Program-made: the position numbers and the translations under genes
Source: an uncultured Gammaproteobacteria bacterium
GTDB lineage: Bacteria > Patescibacteriota > Microgenomatia > CAYGWK01
Assembly: GCA_964353785.1 (NCBI GenBank)
Contig: CAYGWK010000003.1
Coordinates: 17,303-81,302, forward strand
Length of the DNA stretch: 64,000 bases
Direction: 5' to 3'
Shown here: piece by piece, positions 1-12,984 of the stretch
How positions within the stretch are numbered: position 1 is the stretch's first letter
How the letters are laid out: the number at the start of each line of letters is the position of its first letter
The notes under the pieces: generated by a model
Told to the model about the DNA's origin: nothing
Databases searched by the model: none
Seen by the model: the letters and a program-made list of their open reading frames with translations, nothing else

Positions 1-370
1 TCTGGAATTCAGACTTAAGCTCATATTGAGCCAAAAGAAGTCCAGTACTATCAGTACAGCTAGCAGCTCCACAAACACCGATAGTAGGATCGGCAGCAGA
101 AACCATATCCAAAGCATCTTCATTTTTCATTGTACTTCCAGACAGAGCTACCCAAGGAAATTTCTCTTGAGACGCATAGAACCGATCAATCGCGGCCAAG
201 AGTTGGGAGGCGTCGGATTCCATACCTGTATCTCGGGCTCGGTTTAACTGCTCTAAGGGATTAATGGCGGCTAAAACGGCGACTGCCAAAACCCCGATTA
301 GGGCAATAACAATCAAAAGCTCAACCAAAGTAAAACCCTTTTCCACTAAAAAACGGGCAGTTTTTCTCAT
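1..370 (-). CDS. Type IV pilin / pseudopilin with prepilin-type N-terminal cleavage/methylation domain, partial (runs off window start)
   Basis: Reverse-complement translation from ATG at 370..368 gives MRKTARFLVEKGFTLVELLIVIALIGVLAVAVLAAINPLEQL..., a classic class III signal (G|FTLVE). Not in the ORF track because it is truncated by the window edge. Heads the pilC-pilT-pilB cluster. Confidence 0.8.
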   Translation of the reverse strand, partial: MRKTARFLVEKGFTLVELLIVIALIGVLAVAVLAAINPLEQLNRARDTGMESDASQLLAAIDRFYASQEKFPWVALSGSTMKNEDALDMVSAADPTIGVCGAASCTDSTGLLLAQYELKSEFQ

Positions 371-402
371 TTTATTTTCTTTTTCTCACCCCCTTTCAAC
401 TT

Positions 403-1608
403 CTAAAATTGTGTGGTTAAATTATATATTGGCAAGATAACGGCAATAATCAAAAAACCAACTCCTAATCCTAATACTATCATGATAAGAGGCTCTATGG
501 CAGTTGTCAAGCCCTTGACCATCTGCTCTGATTCAGATTCAAAATAGCGCGAGAGTTTGGTTAAAACCTCATCAACCTTACCCGTTTCCTCACCAACAGA
601 AATCATCTGGGAAACAATTGGGGGAAATTCCTCATAGACTGACAAAGTGGCGGCTAAAGGCAATCCTTTTTCTACCTGCTTGGCTGCCTCTTTTAATTCT
701 TGCTCAATAATTGAATTACCCACTCCTTCGGAAACGATATTTAAGGCATCAATTATGGAGATTCCGGCGGCCACCAAAAGCCCTAGAGTTCGCGTCATCT
801 CGGTCATAATTATTTGTTTTTGTAAATTTCCGAAAATTGGCAAAGAAAGAAAAAGACCATCAATTTTTTTTCTACCCATAGGAGTCTTCCCAAAGCCACG
901 CAAAACATAAAGTCCAGCCATTGCTCCAACAAGCATCATCCACCAAAACTTAACCATAAAACTAGAAATTCCAATAAGAATTTTGGTCGGGGTAGGCAAC
1001 TCTGCCTGGAATTCTTGATAAAGCGATAAAAGTTTGGGAATAACAAAAATCATCATAATTCCACCAACTGCTATCATACCAACGACAATTATCACTGGAT
1101 AAATCATCGCTCCTTTGACCTTGCCTTGAAATTCTCGCTGCTTTTCCAGATTTTCTGCCAGGCGAGCCAAAATTTCGTCTAGGACCCCGGCTGCTTCTCC
1201 GGCTTTAACCAAAGAGACATAAACTCGGTTGAAGACCTTTGGATGGCGCGAGAGGGCGTCAGCCAAAGAAGAGCCTCCCTCAACAGCCCGCAGAACATCC
1301 TCAACAACCACTGCCAAGGCTGGAGAACTTTGATTCTTAAGGATTGTTAAAGCGTCATTTACCGTTAAACCAGCCGTAATCATGGTTGAAAGCTGCCTGG
1401 TGAAAGTGGCCAGGTCAGAGAGGGTAATTCGGCGAAGAACCTTATTGGTTAAATCTTTGAAGATATCCTGTCTGGCGGGAGAAAGTGAAAATGGAACAAG
1501 ACCTCGTTCTCTTAAGGTCAAGCGGGCTTGTTTTTCATCAGCCGCCTCAACCATCCCCGAAACTGTTTTTCCTCCTTTGTCTTTGGCTTTATAGGTAAAC
1601 TTCCTCAT
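403..1608 (-). CDS. pilC: Type IV pilus assembly platform protein PilC (GspF family)
   Basis: 401 aa, polytopic membrane protein with paired T2SS-F-like halves; lies between the pilin and pilT/pilB. Confidence 0.85.
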   Translation of the reverse strand: MRKFTYKAKDKGGKTVSGMVEAADEKQARLTLRERGLVPFSLSPARQDIFKDLTNKVLRRITLSDLATFTRQLSTMITAGLTVNDALTILKNQSSPALAVVVEDVLRAVEGGSSLADALSRHPKVFNRVYVSLVKAGEAAGVLDEILARLAENLEKQREFQGKVKGAMIYPVIIVVGMIAVGGIMMIFVIPKLLSLYQEFQAELPTPTKILIGISSFMVKFWWMMLVGAMAGLYVLRGFGKTPMGRKKIDGLFLSLPIFGNLQKQIIMTEMTRTLGLLVAAGISIIDALNIVSEGVGNSIIEQELKEAAKQVEKGLPLAATLSVYEEFPPIVSQMISVGEETGKVDEVLTKLSRYFESESEQMVKGLTTAIEPLIMIVLGLGVGFLIIAVILPIYNLTTQF

Positions 1609-1616
1609 TTATTTTT

Positions 1617-2687
1617 TTACTTACCCCTAATCTGCCTCATCAAATCTTCTGGGCGAAGGGCATAGGCTTGGGCAGTCTCAAGACTTATCTTTCCTTGTTT
1701 AACCAAAGAAGTAAGGTTTGTTTCCAAGGAAACCATTCCCAGTTCGGCTGAAGTTTGGATAATATTGTCAATCATATGGGTTTTACCTTCTCTGACAGAT
1801 GTTTGAACCGCTGGGGTGACGGTCATAATCTCGTAGGCAACCACCCGTCCTCCGGTTAAGCAGGGAAGAAGCCTTTGAGATAAAACTGCCTCAAGGGTTG
1901 AAGAAAGCTGCATCCGAACCTGACTTTTGGCATGCTCTGGAAAAACATCAACAATTCGGTCGACTGTTTGGGCGGCCGAGTTGGTATGCAAAGTGGCAAA
2001 AACCAAATGTCCAGTCTCGGCAATGGTTAAGGCTGAAGCAATCGTCTCGTAATCTCTCATTTCTCCAATCAAAACTACATTTGGGTCTTCTCGAAGGCAG
2101 GAACGAAGGGCTATTTCCCAGGAATGAGTATCACCATGGACTTCTCTTTGGGAGACAATCGATTTTCCTTTGGGTAGAACAAACTCAATCGGATCCTCAA
2201 TGGTAACAATATGTTCAGTCCGAGCCTGGTTTATTTCATTTAAGATGGCCGCCAGTGTTGTTGATTTTCCGTGTCCGGTTGGTCCAGTAACCAGAATAAA
2301 CCCCTGTTTTAAGGTAGCAAAGGTGTGGCAAATCTTGGGCAAGCCCAATTCATCTATGCCCCGAATCTCAAAAGGAATAAGTCGGAGTGAAGCTGCCATC
2401 GAGCCTCTTTGATGATAAGCATTAATCCTAAATCTGGCCTTTCCCTCAAATTCAAAAGAAAAGTCGAGTTCTTTATTGACAGCGAGAATTTCTTTCTGTT
2501 CGGCATTGGTTATTTGCCAAACTAATTCTTGAATTTTCTGGCCAGTTAAAACCTCTTTACCAGAAATCTGAAGCAAAACTCCGTTAACCCGAAGAGTAGG
2601 CGGGATACCGACTAAAAGATGAAGGTCTGAAGCCTTATTATCAATGGCTATTTGTAATAGTTCTTGAATATCCATGGGCAGTCTCAA
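1617..2687 (-). CDS. pilT: Twitching-motility / pilus retraction ATPase PilT
   Basis: 356 aa; Walker A GPTGHGKST; PilT-like N-terminus MDIQELLQIAIDNKASDLHL. Confidence 0.85.
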   Translation of the reverse strand: MRLPMDIQELLQIAIDNKASDLHLLVGIPPTLRVNGVLLQISGKEVLTGQKIQELVWQITNAEQKEILAVNKELDFSFEFEGKARFRINAYHQRGSMAASLRLIPFEIRGIDELGLPKICHTFATLKQGFILVTGPTGHGKSTTLAAILNEINQARTEHIVTIEDPIEFVLPKGKSIVSQREVHGDTHSWEIALRSCLREDPNVVLIGEMRDYETIASALTIAETGHLVFATLHTNSAAQTVDRIVDVFPEHAKSQVRMQLSSTLEAVLSQRLLPCLTGGRVVAYEIMTVTPAVQTSVREGKTHMIDNIIQTSAELGMVSLETNLTSLVKQGKISLETAQAYALRPEDLMRQIRGK

Positions 2688-4426
2688 TCCTGCGCTACGC
2701 GCAGTACTTCTTCTATGGTAGTTATTCCTTCGACTACTTTCAAGTACCCGTCCTGCTTCATAGTAATCATTCCTTCCTCAACCGCTTGTTTTTCAATTTC
2801 TGAGGCAGGAGAACGCTCTAAAATCAATCTTCCGACTTTCTCACTCACTGGTAAAACTTCAAAAACTCCAAGTCGGCCAAAATAACCAGTATTGTTACAT
2901 TCAGGGCAACCCTTTCCCCGAAAAAGTTTAAACTTCTCTCCCTTATTACCCAAAAGATTTCCCAAAACTTTTTTTATGTCCTCGATTACCTCCAAGGCCG
3001 GCTCGTATTCTTCTTTACAGGTTGGACAAATCCGCCGACAAATTCGTTGGGCAACGACAGCAGTCATAGAGGAAGCCAACAAAAACGGTTCGGCGTGCAT
3101 ATCCAAGAGTCGAGGTAGGGCACCGGAGGCAGAGTTAGTATGGAGGGTTGAGAAAACTAAATGACCAGTTAGAGAAGCCTGAATTGCCAAATCGGCGGTC
3201 TCCGTATCCCGAACTTCTCCAACCAAAATAATGTTTGGGTCCTGGCGTAAAAATGAGCGAAGACCTGAGGCAAAAGTCAAACCGGCTTGAGGATTAACCT
3301 GGACTTGATTAACTCCGGGGATTTGATACTCAACTGGGTCTTCCAAGGTGACAATATTGACCCTAGTGGTGTTTATTTTTGATAAAACAGCATATAAGGT
3401 AGTCGTTTTCCCTGACCCGGTTGGTCCACAAACAAGAATAATTCCATGAGGTCGAAGGATGGCATCTTCCAAATTTGCCAAAGCCTTACCCCGAAGTCCC
3501 AAATCTGGCAAGGTAGGTATTCCTCCGCTCTTTTTTAAAAGCCGCATAACAATTTTTTCTCCATAAACCGTGGGTAGAGAGGAAACCCGAAGATCAACTT
3601 CATCACCATCGGAGCGGAAATTAAATCGTCCATCCTGGGGAATTCTTTTTTCATCAATTTTCATTCCGGAAAGAATTTTAATCCGGGAGACAAGCGCCTC
3701 ATGAACATTTTTTGGCAGAATCAATTTCTCGTGCAAAATTCCGTCGATTCGGTATCTAATTCGAGTTTTGTCCTCTTGAGGTTCAAGGTGAATGTCTGAG
3801 GCTCTTGAGCGAACAGCAAATTCCAAAAGGGTCGAGACAATTTTGGCAATTGGGGCTTCTCTTATAATTTCGCCCAATTTTTTAATATCGACGGTCTTGA
3901 CTCCGATTTCTGGAGCGACTTCTTTTAAAGCAGCGGTCACATCGGTGGCTAGTCCTGCTCCGTAGCGCTCAACAATGGCATTTTTGACTTCCGAGGGAGT
4001 AGTCATAAAAGGCTTAACTTTGGCTCCTGTTTTTTTCTCGACAAACTCAACTGTCTCCAAATTAAGAGGGTCGGCCATGGCCAAAGAAAGTTCATTTTTC
4101 TTTTTGTTATAGGAAAATGGTAAAAGATTATTTGCTTCAGCGACTGACCTTGGAACCAAATTTAAAGCCTCGGGGGAAGAAGGAGTCTCCGAAAGAGAAA
4201 TATATGGAATATTATAAAACTGGGCTCGAGCCTGCGTTAAATCGCTCTCCGAGACAAGTTTACCTTCGGTGATTATCTGTTCAATTGGTTTGCCGGTGTT
4301 TATAAAGTCAAGTTTTATCTTTTCTGCTTTGTCAGGAGAAAGTTTTCCCGAAGCCGCCAAAATATCAACAATGGTTTTAGACGGAGCTTCTTGAGGCTGG
4401 GCAGCTTGAGCAGGCATTATTAACAT
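2684..4426 (-). CDS. pilB: Type IV pilus assembly ATPase PilB (GspE family)
   Basis: 580 aa; Walker A GPTGSGKTTT; C-terminal tetracysteine motif CPTC...CPECNNTGYFGRLGVFEV typical of GspE/PilB. Confidence 0.85.
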   Translation of the reverse strand: MLIMPAQAAQPQEAPSKTIVDILAASGKLSPDKAEKIKLDFINTGKPIEQIITEGKLVSESDLTQARAQFYNIPYISLSETPSSPEALNLVPRSVAEANNLLPFSYNKKKNELSLAMADPLNLETVEFVEKKTGAKVKPFMTTPSEVKNAIVERYGAGLATDVTAALKEVAPEIGVKTVDIKKLGEIIREAPIAKIVSTLLEFAVRSRASDIHLEPQEDKTRIRYRIDGILHEKLILPKNVHEALVSRIKILSGMKIDEKRIPQDGRFNFRSDGDEVDLRVSSLPTVYGEKIVMRLLKKSGGIPTLPDLGLRGKALANLEDAILRPHGIILVCGPTGSGKTTTLYAVLSKINTTRVNIVTLEDPVEYQIPGVNQVQVNPQAGLTFASGLRSFLRQDPNIILVGEVRDTETADLAIQASLTGHLVFSTLHTNSASGALPRLLDMHAEPFLLASSMTAVVAQRICRRICPTCKEEYEPALEVIEDIKKVLGNLLGNKGEKFKLFRGKGCPECNNTGYFGRLGVFEVLPVSEKVGRLILERSPASEIEKQAVEEGMITMKQDGYLKVVEGITTIEEVLRVAQD

Positions 4427-4447
4427 TTTAAGGTAAATTCTGCTAGA

Positions 4448-5140
4448 ATGTCAACAATGGCAAACTTTTTAATCGTTGGCGGAAATCTTAAAAGTCGGCA
4501 AAAGAAAATTGAAGAAATTTATCAAAAGGAAAAATCTCAAAAAATTGAAAAAGACCCTGATACTTTTGTTCTAGAGTCGCAAGAAAGTGCTGGAATAGAC
4601 CAAACAAGAAATTTAAAACATTGGCTTTCTCTTAAGCCTTATAGTCTTCCCCCAAAGGTTGCCATTATTTCTGAGGCTCAAAATTTAACCCCTGAGGCTC
4701 AAGCCTCTTTGGGCAAAATCTTAGAAGAACCGCCAGGGGAAACATTGATAATTTTGGCCAGTCCTAATCTTGAAACTCTCTTGCCAACAATTTCCTCAAG
4801 ATGCCAGACAGTCAACCTTCCTCCCCAGCCAGAAATAAGCCTTTCGGAGGAAGAAAAAAAAGATTACCAGTCTCTCCTTGAAAAAATTTTAAAATCCTCA
4901 CCTGGAGAAAGGATAAAGTTTGTCGAAGGAATAAAAGGAAGAGACGAAGCAGAAAATTTTTGCCAAATCCAACTTTTCCTGTGGCGAGAAATACTTTTAA
5001 AAAATCCAAATCTGGAAATTTCCAAAATTATTCGCCAAATTCAAAAAACCTTAAAACTCCTTAAGGCAAACGTCAACTATCGTTTGGCCCTAGAGAATCT
5101 TCTCTTTTCGTATCCTCAAATCGGCTTGCAAAAGAGGTAA
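4448..5140 (+). CDS. holB: DNA polymerase III delta-prime subunit (clamp-loader AAA+ lid protein)
   Basis: 230 aa; IISEAQNLTPEAQASLGKILEEPP and the SRCQ sensor motif. Confidence 0.65.
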   Translation: MSTMANFLIVGGNLKSRQKKIEEIYQKEKSQKIEKDPDTFVLESQESAGIDQTRNLKHWLSLKPYSLPPKVAIISEAQNLTPEAQASLGKILEEPPGETLIILASPNLETLLPTISSRCQTVNLPPQPEISLSEEEKKDYQSLLEKILKSSPGERIKFVEGIKGRDEAENFCQIQLFLWREILLKNPNLEISKIIRQIQKTLKLLKANVNYRLALENLLFSYPQIGLQKR

Positions 5141-5153
5141 TAAAAAGGTATAA

Positions 5154-7085
<1,932 letters not shown>

Positions 7086-7092
7086 TAATTAT

Positions 7093-7659
7093 ATGATGGA
7101 AACAAAAAAATTAGCAAAACAAAATCTTTGGCAACAAGTATCTTCTGGTGAAAAAATTCCTCAAGAAATAAACTGCCTGATTGAGATTCCCAAAGGGGGG
7201 ACCAATAAATATGAATACGATTCCCGATGGGGAACCTTCAGGCTTGACAGAGTCCTATATGAGGCAGTTTTTTATCCAACTGAATACGGAATTATTCCCC
7301 AAACCTGGAGCGAAAAAGACAAAGACCCTCTTGATGTTATGGTTTTATCAACTTTTCCAACTTTCCCAGGCTGCGTTATTCCTTGTCGACCAATTGGCGC
7401 TATCAGGCTTTTAGACACAGGTGAAGAAGACAATAAAATTGTCGCCGTGCCTGTCAATGATCCTCGTTTTGAACAAGTTAAAGATTTGTCGGATTTACCG
7501 CCTCATTCCAAAAAAGAGATCTCAAATTTCTGGGAAAATTACTCTGAACTTCAACCCGAGAAAAAAATCAAAGTTTTGGGTTGGAGCGCCAAAGAAAAAG
7601 CCTGGGAAATGATAAGAGAAGGAGTTGAAAGTTACCGGAAAATTTTTGGCGTCTCCTAA
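7093..7659 (+). CDS. ppa: Inorganic pyrophosphatase (family I)
   Basis: The track ORF 6973..7659 overlaps the gyrB 3' end. The likely start is ATG 7093 (MMETKKL...). Family I core IEIPKGGTNKYEYD. Confidence 0.8.
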   Translation: MMETKKLAKQNLWQQVSSGEKIPQEINCLIEIPKGGTNKYEYDSRWGTFRLDRVLYEAVFYPTEYGIIPQTWSEKDKDPLDVMVLSTFPTFPGCVIPCRPIGAIRLLDTGEEDNKIVAVPVNDPRFEQVKDLSDLPPHSKKEISNFWENYSELQPEKKIKVLGWSAKEKAWEMIREGVESYRKIFGVS

Positions 7660-7668
7660 AACTTCATT

Positions 7669-10245
7669 ATGGATATTGGCAAGATTCAACCAGTTGGAAT
7701 AACCGAGGAGATGCAGAAGTCTTACCTCGACTATGCCATGTCAGTCATTGTCGCTCGGGCCTTGCCCGATGTTCGAGATGGCTTAAAACCAGTTCATCGC
7801 CGAATCCTTTTTGCCATGCATCAGATGAGTCTTACCCACCAAGCCCATTTTTCAAAGAGCGCCAAAGTTGTCGGTGAAGTCTTAGGAAAGTACCATCCCC
7901 ATGGAGATATGCCAGTTTATGAGGCTTTAGTCCGCTTGGCTCAAGATTTCTCGATGCGGTATCCGTTAGTAGAAGGTCAGGGAAATTTTGGTTCAGTCGA
8001 TGGCGACCCTCCGGCAGCCATGCGTTATACTGAAACCAGGCTAGCCCAAATTTCTCAAGAAATGCTTTCTGACTTGGAAAAAGAAACCGTCCCCCAACTG
8101 GCAAATTTTGACGCCACCTTAACTGAACCAGTTTTTCTTCCGGCAAAATTACCAAATCTGCTCCTTATGGGTTCAGATGGAATTGCGGTTGGGATGGCCA
8201 CCAAAATTCCTCCTCATAATCTCTCTGAGGTTGTTGACGCCCTAACTTTTATGATTGAAAAGGGTAGGGCTTCTAAAGGAGCGGGTACACCTTTGGGAGA
8301 AGAGGGTTTTCAAAAAATTAAACTTGATAGGGAACCTCAAGAGACTTCGGTTTTTGAAAGTGACGTCTCAATCCAAGATTTACTTAAATACCTTAAAGGT
8401 CCTGATTTCCCAACTGGTGGAGAAATCTTTGACCTGGAACAAATTACCGAAGTTTACGCCACCGGAAGAGGGAGAATCTTAATCAGAGGAAAGGCAGAAA
8501 TTGAAGAGACAAAGTCAGGCCGTTTCCAGGTCATAGTTTCTGAAATCCCATATCAAGTCAACAAAGCCGAATTGGTCAAAAGAATCGCCAGCATGGCTAA
8601 AGAAAAAAGACTTGAGGGAATATCTGATTTAAGAGACGAATCAGACAGACATGGAATAAGAGTCGTCTTAGAACTTAAAAGAGACGCCAAACCAAAGGCG
8701 GTTTTAAACAATCTTTACAAATTAACTAGCCTTCAGACAGTTTTCCCGGCTAACTTTGTCGCCTTGGTTGATGGCGTTCCCCAAACCCTAAATCTCAAAC
8801 AGATTCTTACTTTATACATCCGCCACCGTCAGGAGATAGTCACCAAGAAAAGTGTTTTTGAACTGAGCCAAGCCAAAGCCAAGGCTCATATTTTAGAAGG
8901 CTTAAAAATTGCCCTTGATAATTTAGATGATGTTATCTTAACTATTAAGCGCTCCGAGGATGCCGAAGAGGCAAAGAAAAATTTAATGAAAAAGTTTTCT
9001 TTAACTGAAATCCAGGCAACTGCTATTTTGGATATGCAACTTCGAAGATTAGCCCACTTGGAAAGACAAAAAATTGAAGATGAATACAAAATGACCATGG
9101 AGGAAATTTCTTATCTTGAGGATTTACTGGCTCATCCAGAAAAAATCTTAAATGTTATAAAAAAAGAACTCCTTTATCTTAAAGAAAAATATGCAGACGG
9201 CAGAAAAACTCGGGTCTATGCCCAAAAACTAGGCGAATTTTCCGAGGAAGATTTAATTCCTAAAGAAGAGACGATTGTTACCATTACTACTTCAGGTTAT
9301 ATAAAACGAGTGCCCAGGGGGACTTTTCGGGTTCAGCGCCGAGGCGGAAAGGGAGTAATTGGGATGACAACTAAGGAGGAAGACCAAATTGCCCAGATTT
9401 TGACCGCCTCAACCCATGACAACATTTTATTCTTCACCGATAAAGGTCGGGTCTTCCGGCTTCGGGTTTGGGACTTACCTGAAGGAAGCCGCCAGAGCAA
9501 AGGTCAGGCGATTATAAATCTGATAAATATTGAATCAGGAGAACAGATTCAGTCAATTTTGACCACCTCAGCCGTTGAAAAAGATAAACAAAATAAACAA
9601 AAATTTCTTCTTTTGGTCACCAAAAAGGGGACCGTTAAAAAAACTCGTCTTGAGGACTATGAAAATATCCGCTCCTCTGGCCTTATCACCATTAAGCTTC
9701 TTCAAGGAGACGCTCTTTGTTGGACCCATGTCACTCAAGGATCAGACCTAGTTTTACTTGTTTCTTATCAGGGGAAATCAATTAAATTTTCCGAAAAAGA
9801 TATAAGACCGACTGCCCGAGATACTATGGGAGTTAGGGGAATTCAACTTAAGAAAGAAGACTACGTCGTCGGGATGGAAATTTTTCCAGAAAGAATAGAA
9901 AAACCAGCCGATGGTCGGAAAAAAGTTTTTCGAAACATTTTGGTGGTAATGGAGAAGGGGATAGGAAAAAGAACCGATTTGTCAGAATTTCCTTTACAAA
10001 AGCGAGGAGGTATGGGAGTTAAGGTAGCGGAAATTACTCAAAAAACCGGTAAGGTTTCTTGCGCCAAAATGGTCAATCAAAAAGTTGACCAGGTAATTTT
10101 AACTTCAAAATTTGCCCAGGTGATAAAACTTCCTTTGAAAAATATTCCCAAACTTGGCCGGGCCACCCAAGGGGTAATTTTGATGAGATTTTCCGACCCA
10201 GCCGACTCAATCGCCGCCGTTACTTGTCTTGAAAAAGAAAAGTGA
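7669..10245 (+). CDS. gyrA: DNA gyrase subunit A
   Basis: 858 aa; [19 protein letters not shown] catalytic-Tyr region and a C-terminal beta-pinwheel domain. TGA stop, so standard stop codons are in use. Confidence 0.95.
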   Translation: MDIGKIQPVGITEEMQKSYLDYAMSVIVARALPDVRDGLKPVHRRILFAMHQMSLTHQAHFSKSAKVVGEVLGKYHPHGDMPVYEALVRLAQDFSMRYPLVEGQGNFGSVDGDPPAAMRYTETRLAQISQEMLSDLEKETVPQLANFDATLTEPVFLPAKLPNLLLMGSDGIAVGMATKIPPHNLSEVVDALTFMIEKGRASKGAGTPLGEEGFQKIKLDREPQETSVFESDVSIQDLLKYLKGPDFPTGGEIFDLEQITEVYATGRGRILIRGKAEIEETKSGRFQVIVSEIPYQVNKAELVKRIASMAKEKRLEGISDLRDESDRHGIRVVLELKRDAKPKAVLNNLYKLTSLQTVFPANFVALVDGVPQTLNLKQILTLYIRHRQEIVTKKSVFELSQAKAKAHILEGLKIALDNLDDVILTIKRSEDAEEAKKNLMKKFSLTEIQATAILDMQLRRLAHLERQKIEDEYKMTMEEISYLEDLLAHPEKILNVIKKELLYLKEKYADGRKTRVYAQKLGEFSEEDLIPKEETIVTITTSGYIKRVPRGTFRVQRRGGKGVIGMTTKEEDQIAQILTASTHDNILFFTDKGRVFRLRVWDLPEGSRQSKGQAIINLINIESGEQIQSILTTSAVEKDKQNKQKFLLLVTKKGTVKKTRLEDYENIRSSGLITIKLLQGDALCWTHVTQGSDLVLLVSYQGKSIKFSEKDIRPTARDTMGVRGIQLKKEDYVVGMEIFPERIEKPADGRKKVFRNILVVMEKGIGKRTDLSEFPLQKRGGMGVKVAEITQKTGKVSCAKMVNQKVDQVILTSKFAQVIKLPLKNIPKLGRATQGVILMRFSDPADSIAAVTCLEKEK

Positions 10246-11747
10246 AATTCCTACTCCTTTTTTTAGTTTATTTTTTAACCAGATTTTTTGCTCTTTCTTC
10301 TTTACCAATCTTCAATGACGAGTCAATTTACCTTCATTGGGGTCAAATCATGACCAATGTTCCGGGTCAGGCTTTTTATTCACTTTTTGACGGTAAACCA
10401 CCGCTTGTTCTTTGGGTTTTTGGAACTATCCAAAAATTTCCAATTGATCCGCTAGTCGCTGGAAGATTAATCTCAATTATTTTTGGGACCTTAACCATCT
10501 TTGGAATTTTAAAAATTTGCCAGCTCCTTAAATTTTCTCAAAAGACCCAAATTATTGCCGGTCTTTTATATATTTTAAGCCCCTTGACTTTATTTTTTGA
10601 TCGCCTAGCAATTTTAGATAGTCCAATTTCCACCATTTTTATTTGGATAGTCTATCTCTCTTTAAAAATTTCCCAATCCAAAATCATTAATCATAAGCAA
10701 AGCTTGTTGCTACGCAATAAATCATCAATCCTGCTTGGCTTGGTCCAGGCCGCTGGTCTTTGGATTAAAGGCACTTGCCGCATTTTTCTCTTTCTTCCAT
10801 TTATAATTCCAGTTTTAACTTTACTTGCCGACAAAAATAAAAAGGGGGCGAGTAGGGAAGCGGTATCTTTTTTTATCTCTTTCGCCTTAGCTCAAATTCT
10901 TTTTTTCCCAATCAGACTTAATTCTCTTTTCCCAATTTTCCAGAAAAGAGAAGCGGATTTTCTCCTACCTTTATCAGGGATATTTAGCCCAGTGGTCTGG
11001 TCTTCTCATCTCTTACTCTTAATTCTTACTTTGACTGTTTTTATCACCCCTTTGGTTTTAATTTTTGCTGTTTTTGGTTTTTATAAACTTTTTAAAACAG
11101 ATAAGAAAACGGCTCTGGTTTTATTATCGTTTTCAGTAATTCCTCTTGTAATTGAAATTTCAACCGCCCGCTTTTTTCTCTCTCGCTATTTTCTCTTTAC
11201 CATCTTGCCAATTTTTATTTTCTGCGCTTACGGACTTGAGCAAATTAAAAAATGGAAAAAAATCGCTGCCATTTTTACTTTCATTCTGCCAGTAACTCTT
11301 ACTCTATCTCTTACTCTCACTCCCTTCTCAACCCTTAAAACTTTGTCCCAGAATAAACATAGTTTGTTGCTTCGCAATAAAATTCTCGCCCAAGATTTAG
11401 AACAATATTTTACTGGCTGGACTTCAGGTTATGGGGTTAAGGAAGCAGCAGATTTTCTAGTCCAGGAGTCCCAAAAAGGCCCAATAATTGTTCTTCTTCG
11501 GGCCGACAGCGGTAACCCGGAAGATGGAATGTTTGTTTTCTTGGGAAAAAATAAAAATATAATTTTTGCTCAAGCGACTCAAAAACCAAAACCAGAAGAA
11601 CTTAAGGCTTTATCAAAATTTCCAATTTTCTTTGTCAGTCGCGGTCCGCAGTTTCTTGGGATGGAGAATTCGCTTTCCGAATTAGCAATATTTAAGAAGC
11701 CTCTCGGAGAAGAGTTTGTGGGAATCTATAAAATCAATTTTAAATAG
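10242..11747 (+). CDS. Polytopic membrane glycosyltransferase-like protein (GT39/ArnT/PMT-like fold), carrying two in-frame 27-bp element insertions
   Basis: GTG start overlapping the gyrA stop. 501 aa, >10 TM helices, N-terminus [19 protein letters not shown] resembles dolichyl-/undecaprenyl-phosphate sugar transferases. Contains KQSLLLRNK and KHSLLLRNK encoded by the dispersed 27-bp element. Confidence 0.55.
   Translation: MKFLLLFLVYFLTRFFALSSLPIFNDESIYLHWGQIMTNVPGQAFYSLFDGKPPLVLWVFGTIQKFPIDPLVAGRLISIIFGTLTIFGILKICQLLKFSQKTQIIAGLLYILSPLTLFFDRLAILDSPISTIFIWIVYLSLKISQSKIINHKQSLLLRNKSSILLGLVQAAGLWIKGTCRIFLFLPFIIPVLTLLADKNKKGASREAVSFFISFALAQILFFPIRLNSLFPIFQKREADFLLPLSGIFSPVVWSSHLLLLILTLTVFITPLVLIFAVFGFYKLFKTDKKTALVLLSFSVIPLVIEISTARFFLSRYFLFTILPIFIFCAYGLEQIKKWKKIAAIFTFILPVTLTLSLTLTPFSTLKTLSQNKHSLLLRNKILAQDLEQYFTGWTSGYGVKEAADFLVQESQKGPIIVLLRADSGNPEDGMFVFLGKNKNIIFAQATQKPKPEELKALSKFPIFFVSRGPQFLGMENSLSELAIFKKPLGEEFVGIYKINFK
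10695..10721 (+). repeat. 27-bp dispersed element, in-frame (KQSLLLRNK) in GT39-like gene
   Basis: AAGCAAAGCTTGTTGCTACGCAATAAA; in frame relative to the ORF start at 10242. Confidence 0.85.
11355..11381 (+). repeat. 27-bp dispersed element, degenerate copy, in-frame (KHSLLLRNK) in the same GT39-like gene
   Basis: AAACATAGTTTGTTGCTTCGCAATAAA. Confidence 0.75.
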
Positions 11748-11755
11748 CAATCCTT

Positions 11756-12484
11756 TTACTTTCTTCCAAAGAAACTAGTAACGTAGTCTCTTAAGGCAAC
11801 ACATTCTTCCTTAGCTATACCTTTCTCTGACAAAGGAAGCGTATAAAGAGGAGTGGCTCCAATATAAACAACTCCTTGCGATTGTAATCCCTCTTGAGAA
11901 GAGGAGCTAATGACTACCCCTGAATTAAAACTAATTCGTTTCCTTCCAATTTCTTCATCCCAACAGACTTTAACTGTTGACATAGTGACCGATATTTCTC
12001 TGGGCGCCTTTTTCTTCATTTGAAAAAGAGCTTCATCGGCTGGCCTTCCCAAACCTTCGGCTGCCAGCCTTTCTTCTCGGGTTTCAGAAGGCTCTTGAAG
12101 AACAACGTAGAAACTAAGTTGAGTTATGGCTTTTGATTCTTTAGTAGGCAACTTATCGGGATCACCAGGTCGCTTCAATTTTAATGAATAACGATCTCCG
12201 TTTTCGTGAGATTCTGTTTTGACAACCATTTTAAATCCATCTGGGTCTTCAATAAATTCTCCCAATAATTTCTTTAATGCTTCAAGGTTAGCAGAGCATC
12301 TATCAAGATCTTTTTGAGGAATTTTCGCTAGTTGATATTCAGGGAAAAGTGACTTAACATCTAGCGCCAAAGTTTCTTTATAACGGTCAATTATGGGAAT
12401 TATTCTCCTCTCAACGACTTCAGGGATTGAAATTTCCTTGACTGGGATTTTTTCTCCCTCTCTAATCTCATTCATAAAAATCAT
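11756..12484 (-). CDS. Hypothetical protein (242 aa), divergent from the TrpR-like gene
   Basis: Long ORF with no recognisable motif. Shares the palindromic intergenic region with the 12570 ORF. Confidence 0.5.
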   Translation of the reverse strand: MIFMNEIREGEKIPVKEISIPEVVERRIIPIIDRYKETLALDVKSLFPEYQLAKIPQKDLDRCSANLEALKKLLGEFIEDPDGFKMVVKTESHENGDRYSLKLKRPGDPDKLPTKESKAITQLSFYVVLQEPSETREERLAAEGLGRPADEALFQMKKKAPREISVTMSTVKVCWDEEIGRKRISFNSGVVISSSSQEGLQSQGVVYIGATPLYTLPLSEKGIAKEECVALRDYVTSFFGRK

Positions 12485-12544
12485 TTTATCATAAATGATT
12501 AAATCTCTCCAGTTTTATTTTCTTACAAACTATTGATAAGTTTG

Positions 12545-12570
12545 TATATCATATATTAATATATGATATA
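12545..12570. promoter_or_regulatory. Perfect 26-bp AT-rich palindrome TATATCATATATTAATATATGATATA in the divergent promoter region of the TrpR-like gene (candidate operator)
   Basis: Exact dyad symmetry. Overlaps the annotated ATG of the HTH gene. Nearly identical copies occur at 12963..12984 and 55989..56008. Confidence 0.45.
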
Positions 12571-12959
12571 TGACACATGTTTCAAGAAAGAAACTACCAG
12601 ATAAAGTTCTTCGACAGATTTTAGAATCTTTTTTGTTTGTTTTAACCAGCACCAAGAAAAAGGAGGAAATGTCTAAATTCCTGGATGCCTTCTTATCGAA
12701 TACCGAAAAAATAATGTTAGCCAAAAGACTAGCGATCGTTTTTCTTTTATCCGAAGCGGTGGAGGAGACCAAAATTTCAGAAACTCTGTTGGTAACTCAG
12801 TCGACTGTCTCAAGAATAAAACTCTGGTATGAAACGAAGGGTTCAGGTTACAAAATTGCCATTACCAAACTTAAAAAACAAAAACTCCTTGGAGAACTAA
12901 AATTACTCGCTTTGGAAGTCGCTCGCCGTGGTATCCGAGCCGCCGGTGGTCGTCCCTAA
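12570..12959 (+). CDS. TrpR/YerC-YecD-like helix-turn-helix DNA-binding protein
   Basis: 129 aa (alternative start MSKFLD at 12672 would give ~95 aa). HTH segment ISETLLVTQSTVSRIK resembles TrpR-like YerC proteins. Flanked by the 21-bp direct repeat / palindrome GTATATCATATATTAATATAT. Confidence 0.5.
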   Translation: MTHVSRKKLPDKVLRQILESFLFVLTSTKKKEEMSKFLDAFLSNTEKIMLAKRLAIVFLLSEAVEETKISETLLVTQSTVSRIKLWYETKGSGYKIAITKLKKQKLLGELKLLALEVARRGIRAAGGRP

Positions 12960-12962
12960 CTC

Positions 12963-12984
12963 GTATATCATATATTAATATATC
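12963..12984. promoter_or_regulatory. Second copy of the 21-bp core GTATATCATATATTAATATAT (imperfect palindrome) immediately downstream of the TrpR-like gene
   Basis: 21/21 direct repeat of 12544..12564. The right half-site is degenerate (…ATATCGTATA). Confidence 0.4.

Noticed and set aside
26-247. ORF 26..247 (+)
   Set aside because: It is antisense to a clear type IV pilin gene on the minus strand, whose N-terminal FTLVELLIVIAL methylation motif is unmistakable.
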